A DNA stretch of 64,000 nt from Eledone cirrhosa (GCA_964016885.1 OZ024747.1:47926001-47990000), one strand, 5' to 3'. Shown: positions 29,570 through 42,866, numbered from the stretch's first letter. Program-made: numbers and translations. The notes: generated from the letters alone by a model not told the origin.

Positions 29570-31820
29570 CCCTCATAATATTTTGTCTGGCAATCTAACA
29601 ATTCTACCAATCCACTGGCCTCAGCTAACATTTTTTCTGGGGATCTAACAATTCTGAAAATCCTCTCCCCTCAGATAACATTTTGTCTGGCAATCTAACA
29701 ATTCTGAAAATCCACTGTCCTCAGATAACATTTTGTCAGGGGATCTAACAATTCTGCCAATCCACTGCCCTCATAATATTTTGTCTGGCAATCTAACAAT
29801 TCTACCAATCCACTGGCCTCCACTAACATTTTGTCTGGGATCTATCTATTCTGCCAATCCACTGCCCTCAGATAACATTTTGTCTGGCAATCTAACAATT
29901 CTGCCAATCCACTGTCCTTAGATAACATTTTGTCTCGGGATCTAACAATTCTGCCAATGCACTGCCCTCGTAACATTGTCTGGCGATCTAACAATTCTGA
30001 CAATCCATTGCCCTCAGATAATATTTGTCTCGGTATCTAATAATTCTGCCAATCAACTGCCCTCAGATAACATTTTGTCTGGGGATCTAACAATTCTGCC
30101 AATCCACTGTCCTTAGATAACATGTCTGGGAATCTAACAATTCTACCAATCCACTGGCCTCAGCTAACATTTTTTCTGGGGATCTAACAATTATGCCAAG
30201 CCACTGCCCTCGGATAACATTTTGTGTGAGGCTCTAACAATTCTGCCAATCAACTGCCCTCAGATAACATTTTGTCTGCCTATCTAACAATTCTGCCAAT
30301 CCACGGTTCTCAGATAACATTTTGTCTGGCAATCTAACAATTCTGCCAATCCACTGCCCTCAGATAAGATTTTGTCTGGGGATCTAACAATTCTGCCAAT
30401 CCACAAGCCTCAGATAACATTTTGTTTGGGATCAACAATTTTGCAATTCCATTTCCCTCAGATAAGATTTTGTCTGGGGATCTAACAGTTCTGCCAATCC
30501 ACTGGCCTTAGATAACATTTTGTCTGGGGATCTAACAATTCTGCCAATCCAGTCCTTAGATAACCTTTTGTCTGGGGATCTAACAAATGTGCCAATCCAC
30601 TGTCTTTAGATAACATTTTGTCTGGAAATCTAACAATTCTGCAAATCAACTGTCCTTAGATAACATTTATTCTGGGGATCTAACAATTCTGCCAATCCAC
30701 TGCCCTCATAACATTTTGTCTGGCAATCTAACAATTCTACCAATCCACTGGCCTCAGCTAACATTTTTTCTGGGGATCTAACAATTCTGAAAATCCTCTC
30801 CCCTCAGATAACATTTTGTCTGGCAATCTAACAATTCTGAAAATCCACTGTCCTCAGATAACATTTTGTCAGGGGATCTAACAATTCTACCAATCCACTG
30901 GCCTCCACTAACATTTTGTCTGGGATCTATCTATTCTGCCAATCCACTGCCCTCAGATAACATTTTGTCTGGCAATCTAACAATTCTGCCAATCCACTGT
31001 CCTTAGATAACATTTTGTCTCGGGATCTAACAATTCTGCCAATGCACTGCCCTCGTAACATTGTCTGGCGATCTAACAATTCTGACAATCCATTGCCCTC
31101 AGATAATATTTGTCTCGGTATCTAATAATTCTGCCAATCAACTGCCCTCAGATAACATTTTGTCTGGGGATCTAACAATTCTGCCAATCCACTGTCCTTA
31201 GATAACATGTCTGGGAATCTAACAATTCTACCAATCCACTGGCCTCAGCTAACATTTTTTCTGGGGATCTAACAATTATGCCAAGCCACTGCCCTCGGAT
31301 AACATTTTGTGTGAGGCTCTAACAATTCTGCCAATCAACTGCCCTCAGATAACATTTTGTCTGCCTATCTAACAATTCTGCCAATCCACGGTTCTCAGAT
31401 AACATTTTGTCTGGCAATCTAACAATTCTGCCAATCCACTGCCCTCAGATAAGATTTTGTCTGGGGATCTAACAATTCTGCCAATCCACAAGCCTCAGAT
31501 AACATTTTGTTTGGGATCAACAATTTTGCAATTCCATTTCCCTCAGATAAGATTTTGTCTGGGGATCTAACAGTTCTGCCAATCCACTGGCCTTAGATAA
31601 CATTTTGTCTGGGGATCTAACAATTCTGCCAATCCAGTCCTTAGATAACCTTTTGTCTGGGGATCTAACAAATGTGCCAATCCACTGTCTTTAGATAACA
31701 TTTTGTCTGGAAATCTAACAATTCTGCAAATCAACTGTCCTTAGATAACATTTATTCTGGGGATCTAACAATTCTGCCAATCCACTGCCCTCATAACATT
31801 TTGTCTGGCAATCTAACAAT
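29570..31820. repeat. Local ~1.1-kb tandem duplication inside the diverged part of the satellite
   Basis: Rare variants recur 1085 bp apart: TCTATCTATT (29841/30926), CATGTCTGGG (30121/31206) and TTATGCCAAG (30191/31276). Confidence 0.88.
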
Positions 31821-34800
31821 TCTGCCAATCCACTGGCCTTAGATAACATTTTGTCTAGCAATCTAACAATTCTGCCAATCCACTGTCCTTAGATAACATT
31901 TTGTCTGGGGATCTAACAATTCTGCCAATCCACGGTTCTCAGATAACATTTTGTCTGGCAATCTAACAATTCTGCCAATCCACTGTCCTCAGAAAACATT
32001 TTGTATGGGGATCAAACCATTCTGCCAATCCACTGTCTTTAGATAACGTTTTGTTTGGTGATCTAATTCTGCCAATCCACTGCCCTCATAACATTTTGAT
32101 GGCAATCTAACAATTCTGCCAATCCACTGGCCTTAGAAAACATTTTGTCTAGCAATCTAACAATTCTGCCAATCCACTGTCCTTAGATAACATTTTCTCT
32201 GGGGAGCTAACAATTCTGCCAATCCACTGCACTCAGATAAGATTTTGTCTGGGGATCTAACAATTCTGCCAAGCCACTGCCCCCAGATTACATTTTGTCT
32301 GACAATCTAACAATTCTGCCAATCAACTGTCCTTAGATAACATTTTGTCTGGGGATCTAACAATTCTGCCAATCAACTGCCCTCAGATAACATTTTGTTT
32401 GGGAATCTAACAATTCTGCGATTCCATTGCCCTCAGATAACATTTTTTCTGGGGATCTAACAATTCTGCCAAGCCACTGCCCTCAGATTACATTTTGTCT
32501 GGCAATCTAACAATTCTGCCAATTCACTGTCCTTAGATAACATTTTGCCTGGGGATCTAACAATTCTGCCAATCCACTGGCCTCAGATAAAATTTTGTCT
32601 GGGGATCTAACAATTCTGCCAATCCACTGCCCTCAGATAACATTTTGTCTGGCAAGCTAACAATTCTGCCAATCCACTGCCCTCATAACATTTTGTCTGG
32701 CAAACTAACAATTCTTCCAATCCACTGGCCTCAGCTAACATTTTTTCTGGGGATCTAACAATTCTGCCAATCCACTACCCTCAAATAACATTTTGTCTGG
32801 TAATCTAACAATACTGCCAATCCACTGTCCTTAGATAACATTTTGTCTGGGGATCTAACAATTCTGCCAATCAACTGCCCTCAGATAACATTTTGCATGG
32901 GGATCTAACAATTCTGTAATCCACTGCCCTCAGATAACATTTTGTCTGGCAATCTTATAATTCTGCCAATCAACAACCCCCAGATAACATTTTGTCTGGC
33001 AATCTAACAATTCTGAAAATCCACTGCCCCCAGATAACATTTTGTCTGGCAATCTAACAATTCTGCCAATCCACTGTCCTTAGATAACATTTTTTCTGGG
33101 GATCTAACAATTCTGAAAATCCTCTACCCTCAGATAACATTTTGTCTGGCAATCTAACAATTCTGAAAATCCACTGTCCTCAGATAACATCTTGTCAGGG
33201 GATCTAACAATTCTACCAATCCACTGGCCTCAGCTAACATTTTGTCTGGGATCTAACTGTTCTGCCAATCCACTGCCCTCAGATAACATTTTCTCTGGCA
33301 ATATAACAATTCTGCCAATCCACTGTCCTTAGATAACATTTTGTCTCGGGATTTAACAATTCTGCCAATGCACTGCCCTCGAAACATTGTCTGGCGATCT
33401 AACAATTCTGACAATCCATTGCCCTCAGATAACATTTGTCTCGGTATCTAACAATTCTGCCAATCAACTGCCCTCAGATAACATTTTGTTTGGGGATCTA
33501 ACAATTCTGCGATTCCATTGCCCTCAGATAACATTTTGTCTGGGGATGTAACAATTCTGCCAAGCCACTGCCCTCAGTTTACATTTTGTCTGGCAATTGA
33601 ACAATTCTGTCAATCCAGTCCTTAGATAACATTTTGCCTGGGGATCTAACAATTCTGCTAATCCACTGCTATCACATAACATTTTGTCTGGGGATCTAAC
33701 AAATCTGCCAATCTACTGCTCTCAGTTAACATTTTGTCTGGCAATCTAACAATTCTGCCAATCCACTGCCCTCAGATAACATTTTTAACATTTTCTCTGG
33801 GGATCTAACAATTCTGCCAATCCACTACCCTCAGATAACATTTTGTCTGGCAAGCTAACAATTCTGCCAATCCACTGCCCTCATAACATTTTGTCTGGCA
33901 ATCTAACAATTCTACCAATCCACTGGCCTCAGCTAACATTTTCTCTGATAATCTAACAATTCTGCCAATCCTCTATCCTTAAATAACATTTTGCGTGGGG
34001 ATCTAACAATTCTTCTACTCCACTGCCCTCAGATAACATTTTGTATGGCAATCTTATAATTCTGCCAATCAACAACCCCCAGATAACATTTTGTCTGGCA
34101 ATCTAACAATTCTGAAAATCCACTGTCCTCAGATAACATTTTGTCAGGGGATCTAACAATTCTACCAATCCACTGGCCTCAGCTAACATTTTGTCTGGGA
34201 TCTAACTATTCTGCCAATCCACTGCACTCAGATAACATTCTGTCTAGCAATCTAACAATTCTGCCAATCCACTGTCCTTAGATAACATTTTGTCTCGGGA
34301 TCTAACAATTCTGCCAATGCACTGCCCTCGTAACATTATCTGGCGATCTAACAATTCTGACAATCCATTGCCCTCAGATAACATTTGTCTGGGTATCTAA
34401 GAATTCTGCCAATCAACTGCCCTCAGATAACATTTTGTTTGGGAATCTAACAATTCTGCCAATCCACTGTCCTTAGATAATATTTTGTCTGGGGATCTAA
34501 CAATTCTGACAACCCATTACCCTCAGATAACATTTTGTCTGGCAATCTAACAATTCTGAAAATCCACTGCCCTCAGATAACATTTTGTCTGGCAATCTAA
34601 CAATTCTGCCAATCCTCTGTCCTCATATAACATTTTGTGTGGGGAACTAACAATTCTGCCAATCCACTGCCCTCATATAACATTTTGTGTGGGGATCCAA
34701 CAATTCTGCCAATCAACTGCCCTCAGATAACATTTTGTTTGGGGATCTAACAATTCTGCCAATCCACTGTCCTTAGATAACCTTTTGTCTGGGGATCTAA

Positions 34801-35857
34801 CAATTCTGCCAAGCCACTGTCCGTAGATAACATTTTCTCTGGGGATCTAACAATTCTGCCAATCCACTGCCCTCAGATAACATTTTGTATGGGGATCTAA
34901 CAATTCTGCCAATCCACTGTCCTTAGATAACATTTTGTCTGGCAATCTAACAATTCTGAAAATCCACTGCCCTCAGATAACATTTTGTCTGGGGATCTAA
35001 CAATTCTGCCAATCCACTGCCCTCATAACATTTTGTCTGGCAATCTAACAATTCTGCCCATCCTCTGCCCTCAGATAACATTTTTTCTGGGGATCTAACA
35101 ATTTTGCCAATCCACAAGCTTCAGATAACATTTTGTCTGGGGATCTAACAATTCTGCCAATCCACTGTCCTTAGATAACATTTTGTCTGGGGATCTAACC
35201 ATTCTGCCAATCCACTGTCCTTAGATAACATTTTGTCTGGAGTATCTAACAATTCTGCCGATCCACTGTCCTTAGATAACATTTTGTCTGGGGATCTAAC
35301 AATTCTGCCAATCCAGTGCCCTCAGATAACATTTTGTGTGGGGATCTAACAATTCTGAAAATCCACTGTCCTTAGATAACAATTTGTCTGGGGATCTAAC
35401 AATTCTGCCATTCCACTGCACTCAGAAAACATTTTGTCTCGCGATCTAACAATTCTGCCAATCCACTGTCCTTAGATAACATTTTGTCTGGCAATCTAAC
35501 AATTCTGCCAAGCCAGTGCCCTCAGATAACATTTTGTGTGGGGATGTAACAATTCTGCCAATCAACTGCCCTCAGATAACATTTTGTTTGGGGATGTAAC
35601 AATTCTGCCAATCCACTGCCCTCAGATTACATTTTGTCTGGCAATCTAACAATTCTGCCAATCCACTGTCCTTAGATAATAATTTGTCTGGCAAGCTAAC
35701 AATTCTGCCAATCCACTGCCCTCATAACATTTTGTCTGGCAATCTAACAATCCTGCCAATCAACTGCCCTCAGATAATATAAAATAATAAAAATACAAAA
35801 AAAATCTAAACAAAGACTCGCAATAAAATTCTGATAGTCTCCAGGCCATCAACTTAC

Positions 35858-36042
35858 CATCATCTTCAGATTTTCTTAACTGTTTTATAGTCTTGGCAGC
35901 ATCATTCTTCTTCATAATATCAATGGTTACCGGTAGAATGTGATAAACCCTTAATATCTCCATAAGCAGTGGTATATTCTCAGACTGTCGAGCATCATGG
36001 AGCCAATCATTCATGATATCCCAGCCACCACTACTGAGGAAC
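35858..36042 (-). CDS. PPP1R10: Internal coding exon of PNUTS / PP1 regulatory subunit 10 (TFIIS N-terminal domain)
   Basis: Acceptor ctctcattatttcttcag|G and donor G|gtaagt bound a 185-bp exon (1+61 codons+1). It encodes FLSSGGWDIMNDWLHDARQSENIPLLMEILRVYHILPVTIDIMKKNDAAKTIKQLRKSEDD. This matches the PNUTS pattern F...GG...LN.WL......NIPLL..IL.....LP.T.D..K.N..AK..KQL.KS.ED, recalled from memory. Confidence 0.88.
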
Positions 36043-36299
36043 CTGAAGAAATAATGAGAGTAATAAAGCCAAATTATATTGTGGTAACAGGTAAAACTGC
36101 ACGTAAATGACTAGTGTGCAATATGTTTTCAGGTGGGGATGGTGTTGGGAGTAGAGTAAATGAGGAAAGCGGGATTATGCCATTTTTGTTAAGAGAAAAA
36201 GACCAGATAAATTATATTGTGGCAACAGGTAAACAAGTGGGCAAAATGTAAGGGTGAGATTGGAGTAGAAGGGAAAACAGAGAGTGGGGAGAGTTCATC

Positions 36300-36457
36300 C
36301 CTGTCTCAGTGGCGTTAAAAGACTGGGAGTTAACTCCCAGTTGGAACTCATTGTCAGCTGAGTTGACTAGACACTATGTGCTTACCTGGTCTGGGAACCA
36401 AACCCACAATATTATGATCATGAGCCCAACACCTTAACCACTAGGCTGTGCACCTTC
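36300..36457 (-). mobile_element. Old, internally deleted tRNA-derived SINE
   Basis: The minus strand reads GGTGCACAGCCTAGTGGTTAAGGTGTTGGGCTCATGATC...GTGGGTTTGGTTCCCAGACCAGGT...AGTCAACTCAGCTGACAATGAG. It has A/B-box-like motifs and resembles the younger SINEs. Confidence 0.6.
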
Positions 36458-37272
36458 ACTTTGTGTGATCAGTAGTTGCCCAAAACTGTCATTATGGAAC
36501 ACTTGGTGGGTGGTAGACTAAATCCATCACTTAACACTACACTTAACACTACATAGTCCATTGGTAGCTTTAAAACAGTCCACTCTATTGTCAACATTCT
36601 GACCAGGACTCCAATTTGAGAGTACCTCCCTCCCTCCGACTAGTCTAAGAGGTTCTAATGAGGGACATCAAAACTGCCCATTCCAATCTTGATTAATCAA
36701 TAAAAGTATATTATATATTCTTTTTTAAAAATCTTTTTGATGCAGCACGATATTGCTGGAACAAACACAATGGAAGATAGAGATGACTGGACTACCTTGG
36801 GTCAAATATACAAAATACTTTGATATTGAGTACATTCATAGATTCCAACACATGGAATATTAGTGGAACATTCTAATCAAAAGTTCATGAAATACAGACA
36901 CAATAGGCCTCAAAGGAGAGAAAACATATTTACTGTTGTGGAGGTCATCAGTTTGGTAGATGTGAACATTACATTTACAGTCAGTGTCTCTGTGTATGTG
37001 TGTGTGGGAGTAAAAGAGAATGTGTATGTAGAACAGAGTGTGTGAAAGTGAGAGTGAGAAAGATAGTGCATGTATACAGGGTGGGGGTGACTTTACATTT
37101 GACAGAAGGCAGTGCCATTTGTTTATGTCCTGCATGAACAATACTCCCTGAAATTCAGCAGCGACACAGGTAAAGATACATAAATATATATATGTATAAA
37201 GATATATGTATACATATATATATACCTTTCCAACGGAAATACTTCATATATATATATACATATACATATATA

Positions 37273-37604
37273 TGAGGGCAATCCAGTTAAAATCCTGTGT
37301 ATGGTGCTTCGGGACACCTCAGAAACCAAAATGCAGAGTATCCAGAGTGATCCGCCGATCTTTACGCATGTTTTACTCAGAAGGAGACCTTACTTTTGGG
37401 ATTGCCCTCTATATAATAACTAGCGTTCAACGGGAGCTCCATTCTCAACGGCTGGCAAGCCAAGATTGAGCATCCCAGCGAAGCGCGCGCATGCTTGTTT
37501 GGGAGTGAAGGAAGCACCAATCACAACAGTGTTGCCAACAGCCGTACAAACGGTTTCTCTGCGTCCACATTGCTTTGGAGATCTTAGTTTTGGGATTACC
37601 CTCA
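37273..37604. mobile_element. Rearranged mariner-type fragments / MITE
   Basis: TA-TGAGGGCAATCC at the left end and GGATTACCCTCA-TA at the right end form a TIR pair in TA context. A third TIR copy lies at ~37382-37410. Confidence 0.6.
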
Positions 37605-37637
37605 TATATACATATACACATATATATACACATATAT

Positions 37638-37974
37638 ATCATCATCATCATCATTTTACGTCCGCTTTTCCCTGCTTGCAAGGGTGTGACGGGAACTGAT
37701 TCTGGCTTGATTTCTACAGCTGGATGCCCTTCCTAACACCAACCTAATTTACAGTGAGTGCTGGGTGCTTTTTTGCCGTGGCACCTCCACGACCACTTTT
37801 GCAGTGGAATGATAGGGACCCCAGTCCTATCATCTCATTTCTACAGCTGACTAAACTGGAGCAATGTGAAATAAAGTGTCTTGCTCAAGGAAACAACACA
37901 TCACCCGATCTGAGAATTGAACTCACAACCTTTCAATTGCAAGGCCAATGCTTTAACCACTAAGCCATGTGCCT

Positions 37975-37977
<3 letters not shown>
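37638..37977 (-). mobile_element. tRNA-derived CORE-like SINE, full length
   Basis: Reverse complement of the 55235 copy, with A box TGGCTTAGTGG, B box GAGTTCAATTC, a CORE-like block and a (GAT)n tail. Confidence 0.9.
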
Positions 37978-38025
<48 letters not shown>

Positions 38026-38094
38026 CATATATACACATACACATATATATATATATATACACACATATACATATATATACACATATATATACAT

Positions 38095-38127
<33 letters not shown>

Positions 38128-38172
38128 CATACACACACACACATATATATACATACACACACACATATATAT

Positions 38173-38213
<41 letters not shown>

Positions 38214-38268
38214 CACACACATATATACACACACACACACGCATACATATAGAGACACACATATATAT
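37978..38268. repeat. (TA)n/(CA)n compound microsatellite
   Basis: Direct reading. Confidence 0.97.
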
Positions 38269-38309
38269 AGATGCCTTCGTGGGCCCCTGATATATTCAAG
38301 AGATATATT

Positions 38310-38412
38310 CTAAAAAAATATATATCTTATCTCAATTTACTTTATTTCATTTTATTTTATTTTATTTCATTTCATTTTATCTAATTTTATTTATTTACTT
38401 ATTTAATTTCAT

Positions 38413-38447
<35 letters not shown>

Positions 38448-39020
38448 CTTATTTATTTATTTAAATTTAATTTTAATTTTATTTATTTATTTAATTTTAT
38501 TTATTTATTTATTTATTTATTTAATTACATTTAATTATATCTTATATTATATTATTTTACTTTAGTCTATTTTATTTTATTTTAGTTTACCTTATTTTAT
38601 CTTATTTTATGATTATATTATATTATGTTCTATTTTATATAATTTTAATCTTATATTATTTTATTTCATTCCTTACCCTGTATCACTATTATCTGCATAT
38701 TTTATATTTTATATGTAAGTTTGTTATATATTTCTTTATATTTTCTTATATATATTATAAGTCTGTTTTTCACCTATTTTTTACCTACTCTTACCTAATC
38801 CTATCTATCTTATCTACTCTTGTCTGTTCTCTTATCCATGTGTATGCTTGTATGTAACTATATGTTGACAGCACCCCGCCCAACTCTGACTGATAGCACC
38901 CCTTATTTTTCATTGTTTATTTTATTATTTTATTTTTATTTTTATTTTTATTTTTATTTTTATTTTTATTCTTATTTTTACTTTTACTTCCTTAATATCC
39001 TTTATCTTCTATTATTTTTC
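38310..39020. repeat. AT-rich low-complexity tract with (TTTA)n and (TTTTTA)n runs
   Basis: Direct reading. It lies just upstream of a hammerhead motif, consistent with a Penelope-type 3' end. Confidence 0.85.
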
Positions 39021-39074
39021 ATTCTTCAATGTCTTGGATTTGTTATTGCTTGTATGGTATGTAATTAACCTTTA

Positions 39075-39120
39075 TGCTCTGATGAGTCCCACTTATAGTG
39101 CGGATGAAACAATGTTAGCA
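39075..39120 (+). ncRNA. Minimal type I hammerhead ribozyme (canonical core)
   Basis: TGCT-CTGATGA-GTCCCAC-TTATA-GTGCGGAT-GAAAC-AAT-GTT-AGCA. Stem I is TGCT/AGCA, stem II has one bulge, stem III is short and the cleavage triplet is GUU. Confidence 0.75.
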
Positions 39121-39272
39121 AGTAAAGATATGCATATGCTATAGGCGTTCTTTGTTATTTATTATATCACGGCTCTGTCCTCAGACATCGAGCTAACCTT
39201 ATACTGCCTGCTGGATAAGTGGAGTGTTATACACCCCTGATCCTCTCCCTAGTATACTATATACATATATAT

Positions 39273-39882
39273 ATCGTGGCTGCCAACTCGTTTTCGAGTA
39301 CGGCCACTACTTTATATCCATGTAGGAGAACTCCTACCGATGCGCTGAACGAGTGTGACTTTTTAGTCCAGCCAGCGACTTGAAAACTCTGGTACAAACA
39401 CTATACTTGTGACAATTATTGACACATAGTGCTGGGCCCATGGTACCATGTGATGACTAGTGCAGAGAGATCTCCAGATATAAAGCAATGCCTGTGCCGT
39501 GAAGCTTTTATAGTGAGCAAAGGCACTGCACAAAGCCAGTCCCACTCTCTTAACCAAGATGATATTTACCAAAAAGAAGAACAAGTCAACATCATTGGAT
39601 ACCATCAGAGTTGCAGGTGTTATATCAGAGTTTTCCGTCTCCTAGAATTCTGCTTTGACAAAGGCTAAGGGGTCATCTCTCCCGGTGATTTTGGATGGCC
39701 ATTGACTCTTAAGAGCTCCTTTGCCCTTTGACAGGTTTTGTTTTTAGTCCTGCAGGATGTCCAAAGTCCCCCTCCTCACCAAGAAACCTTGGTGGGGTTG
39801 CCAGTTTAGTCGTCAACGACCTGACCATGAGACAGGTTGTACTGGGATACATGTTACCAGTACCACCAACTGGTGACCTGAC
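39273..39882 (-). mobile_element. RTE-derived non-autonomous retroelement (~600 bp), most complete copy
   Basis: Near-identical to 41698-42224 and 45485-45939. Its minus-strand 3' end (GGCCGTACTCGAAAACGAGTTGGCAGCCA) resembles the 3' end of the RTE LINE at ~60166. Both flanks are TA repeats. Confidence 0.8.
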
Positions 39883-40009
39883 ATATATATATATATATTT
39901 ATATACACACACACACACGCACATATATATATATATATATATATATTACAGTTAATACAGAAAATAAAAACAATAGCGAAGAGTGCAGTGTAAAGTGTTA
40001 GTATTAAGT

Positions 40010-40980
40010 TCACGCTTGAGAGTGGGGGGGTGGGGGACGAAGTTCGGGCATAAGCCCTTCATCAAGAGAAAAGAGTTCCAAGGGTGTGAGGGGGAATGGT
40101 GGAAAGACATTAAGGGGGGGGGTTAAAAGAGGGTCAAAAAAATAAAAATAAAACAAGTGGTGAAAGGGTGTGAGGCGTGGGGTGGGTGGATGGAGAGGGG
40201 GAGAAGGGAGGAGACAGGAGTACAAGCGGGCAGGGCAGAATGTGGTGTGTGTGTAGTGTACGGTGTGTGTGGGGGGGGGGGGCTGGAGAAAGTGTGTGTA
40301 TGTGAGGATACGCACGTGTGTGTGTGTGTGTTTTTGTGTGGTGTGGATGTATGGTTGCGTGTGTGCGAAAATAGTGTAAGTGTGTGTGTGTGTTCCTGAA
40401 TGTTTTCCCGCGGAGTATAGGAATAGATGTTGAAAAATCCGAGTAAAGCAGGGTGGATGCCTGGTGTGGTGTGACCAGCAGTGTAGAATCCTTGGTATGG
40501 TGTGGAGGAAGTAAAGAGTTGTGGGGTGCGCACCCAACAGGAAGTGGTCAGAGGGTGAAGGCAGGGCGAAGGATGTAGGAGATAGCAGTAGGAAGGTGAC
40601 AGACAGACAGTGCTAAGGATGAAGGCAGGCAGGCAGGTGTTAGAGATGGTCTGTATGTGTTGTGGAATGTGTGTGTGTGCAGTGGTGCGGTGGACAGGGG
40701 AGGGGATGGGTATGTGTGAAAAGTTGAGGGAGAGGGTGGTGGTGTGTGAGGGGAGGGTGGTGTATATTAGTGTAGGTGTTAGTGGGATGGGAGTGTGTGT
40801 GTGTGGGGGGGGGGGGGTTAGTGCAGGGGTGGGGAGGACAGTATGAGTGAGTGTAATAGTGGTGTGTTTGATAGTGGGTGTTAGTATTATTAGTGGTGGT
40901 GGGGGTTTGATTGCGTGTGTGTGAGTGGGGGTTAGTGGCGGTAGTGCGGGTGTGAAGTGGGTGGTGTGTGTGTGTGTGTA
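40010..40980. repeat. G/GT-rich low-complexity region
   Basis: G runs and (GT)n tracts. The ORFs here are H/T/P- or V/C/G-biased artefacts. Confidence 0.8.
40035..40070 (-). ncRNA. Degenerate minimal hammerhead motif
   Basis: The minus strand reads TTGATGA-AGGGC-TTAT-GCCC-GAACTTCGTC. Stem II is intact and the core is mutated. Confidence 0.45.
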
Positions 40981-41561
40981 GGTTGTCGTCAGCAGTCAAA
41001 GTGACGTTATGCCACCTCACTTCTTCCCTGAGGGCCTCAAGCTGAACGCCGATGGCTACATCCGCGTTCTGAGCGAGGTAGTAAAGCCCTGGATCGACCA
41101 GGTGGCTGCAGGTAGGCTGAACGTGTGGCAGCAAGACTCAGCGCCCTGCCATACCAGCCGAAGGACCCAAGCCTGGCTGTCAGAAAACTTCATCGGCCAC
41201 ACTTCACCTGACATCTGGCCTCCCAGCTCGCCTGACTGCAACCCCCTCGACTTCTTTGTGTGGGGCACAGTGGAACGAGACACCAACAGATCTAGCTGCA
41301 ATACAAAAGACGATCTGAAGGGCAGGATCACAAGTGCCTTTAGGGGTCTAAGTCAGGGGACAGTGACGAAGGCGTATAGCCGGTTACAAGGCCGCCTTGA
41401 GGCAGTCCTCAAAGCCAATGGCGGGTTTATCGAGTGAGACCGAAAGAACAAGTCATGAAGACAAACTGACCCAAGATTGACAAATATATCTTAAAAAATA
41501 AAACTACTGTGTTATTTTTTCGTAGGCAGTAATCTTGCGAACAGATATTGTCCGCACCCTG
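40980..41561 (+). mobile_element. 3' fragment of a Tc1/mariner-superfamily DD37D (maT-type) transposon
   Basis: ORF 41009-41437 contains WQQDSAPCH...WPPSSPDCNPLDF with 37 residues between the second and third Asp. The terminal TIR ...TCCGCACCCTG (reverse complement CAGGGTG) is followed by TA. Confidence 0.88.
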
Positions 41562-41697
41562 TATATATACATACATATATATATATACATACATTACATA
41601 CATACATATATACCATGTGACGACAAGTATATATATACATACATGTGACAACACATATATATATATATACATACATACATACATATATATATATTTG

Positions 41698-42224
41698 GTG
41701 GCTGCCAACTCGTTTTCGAGTACGGCCACTACTTTATATCCATGTAGGAGAACCGCTACCGATGTGCTGAACGAGTGTGACTTTTTAGTCCAGCCAGCGA
41801 CTTGAAAACTCTGGTACAAACACTACACTTGTGACAATTATTGACACATAATGCTGGGCCCATGGTACCATGTGACGACTAGTGCAGAGAGATCTCCAGA
41901 TATAAAGCAATGCCTGTGCCATGAAGCTTTTATAGTGAGCAAAGGCACTGCACAAAGCCAGTCCCACTCTCTTAACCAAGATGATATTTACCGAAAAGAA
42001 GAACAAGTCAACATCACTGGATACCATAAGAGTTGCAGGTGTTATATCAGAGTTTTCCTTCTCCTAGAATTCTGCCTTGACAAAGGCTAAGGGGTCATCT
42101 CTTCGGTGATTTTGGATGGCCATTGACTCTTAAGATCTCCTTTGCCCTTTGACAGGTTTTGTTTTTAGTCGTGCAGGATGTTCAAAGTCACCCTCCTCAC
42201 CAAGAAACCTTGGTGGGGTTGCCA
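41698..42224 (-). mobile_element. RTE-derived non-autonomous element, copy 2 (5'-truncated)
   Basis: Aligns with 39276-39803. Confidence 0.8.
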
Positions 42225-42304
42225 TACATACATACATATATATGTATATATATATATATATATATACATACATATATATATATACATACATATATATGTA
42301 TATA

Positions 42305-42336
<32 letters not shown>

Positions 42337-42414
42337 CATACATATATATATATACATACATATATATGTATGTATATATACATACATATATATATATACA
42401 TACATATATATGTA

Positions 42415-42450
<36 letters not shown>

Positions 42451-42758
42451 CATACATATATATATATATACATACATATATATGTATGTATATATACATA
42501 CATATATATATATACATACATATATATGTATGTATATATACATACATAGATAGATATATACATACATATATATATGTATGTATATATACATACATATATA
42601 TATATACATACATATATATATATGTATGTATATATACATATATATGTATATATATACATATATATGTATATATATATACATATATATGTATGTATATATA
42701 CATACATATGTATGTATATATACATACATATATATGTATATATATATACATATGTATG

Positions 42759-42790
<32 letters not shown>

Positions 42791-42804
42791 CATATATATG
42801 TATG

Positions 42805-42840
<36 letters not shown>

Positions 42841-42866
42841 CATATATATGTATATATATATACATA

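Larger units (their letters stand above)
1..35780. repeat. Tandem satellite, ~50-bp monomer (consensus AACAATTCTGCCAATCCACTGYCCTYAGATAACATTTTGTCTGG[GG/CA]ATCT), about 700 copies in the window and running off the left edge
   Basis: Uninterrupted monomers of ~46-51 bp from base 1 to CAGATAA at ~35777. There are no unique spacers. The short ORFs inside it are frame-rotation artefacts. Confidence 0.99.

Noticed and set aside
1477-33435. Repeated 60-85 aa ORFs in the satellite
   Set aside because: The 50-bp unit is not a multiple of 3, frames rotate into stops, and indels do not preserve frame.
1-35780. CRISPR array
   Set aside because: Head-to-tail monomers with no unique spacers, no cas genes and a eukaryotic context.
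35760-36014. Stand-alone 84-aa gene
   Set aside because: Homology starts before the Met and ends at the GTAAGT donor, so this is an internal exon with intronic read-through.
37095-37150. Possible upstream PPP1R10 exon (tttcag...gtaaag on the minus strand)
   Set aside because: No frame resembles the PNUTS N-terminus and the donor is weak.
39363-42090. Duplicated ~80-aa ORFs as a small gene family
   Set aside because: They are chance ORFs on both strands of the repeated non-autonomous element.
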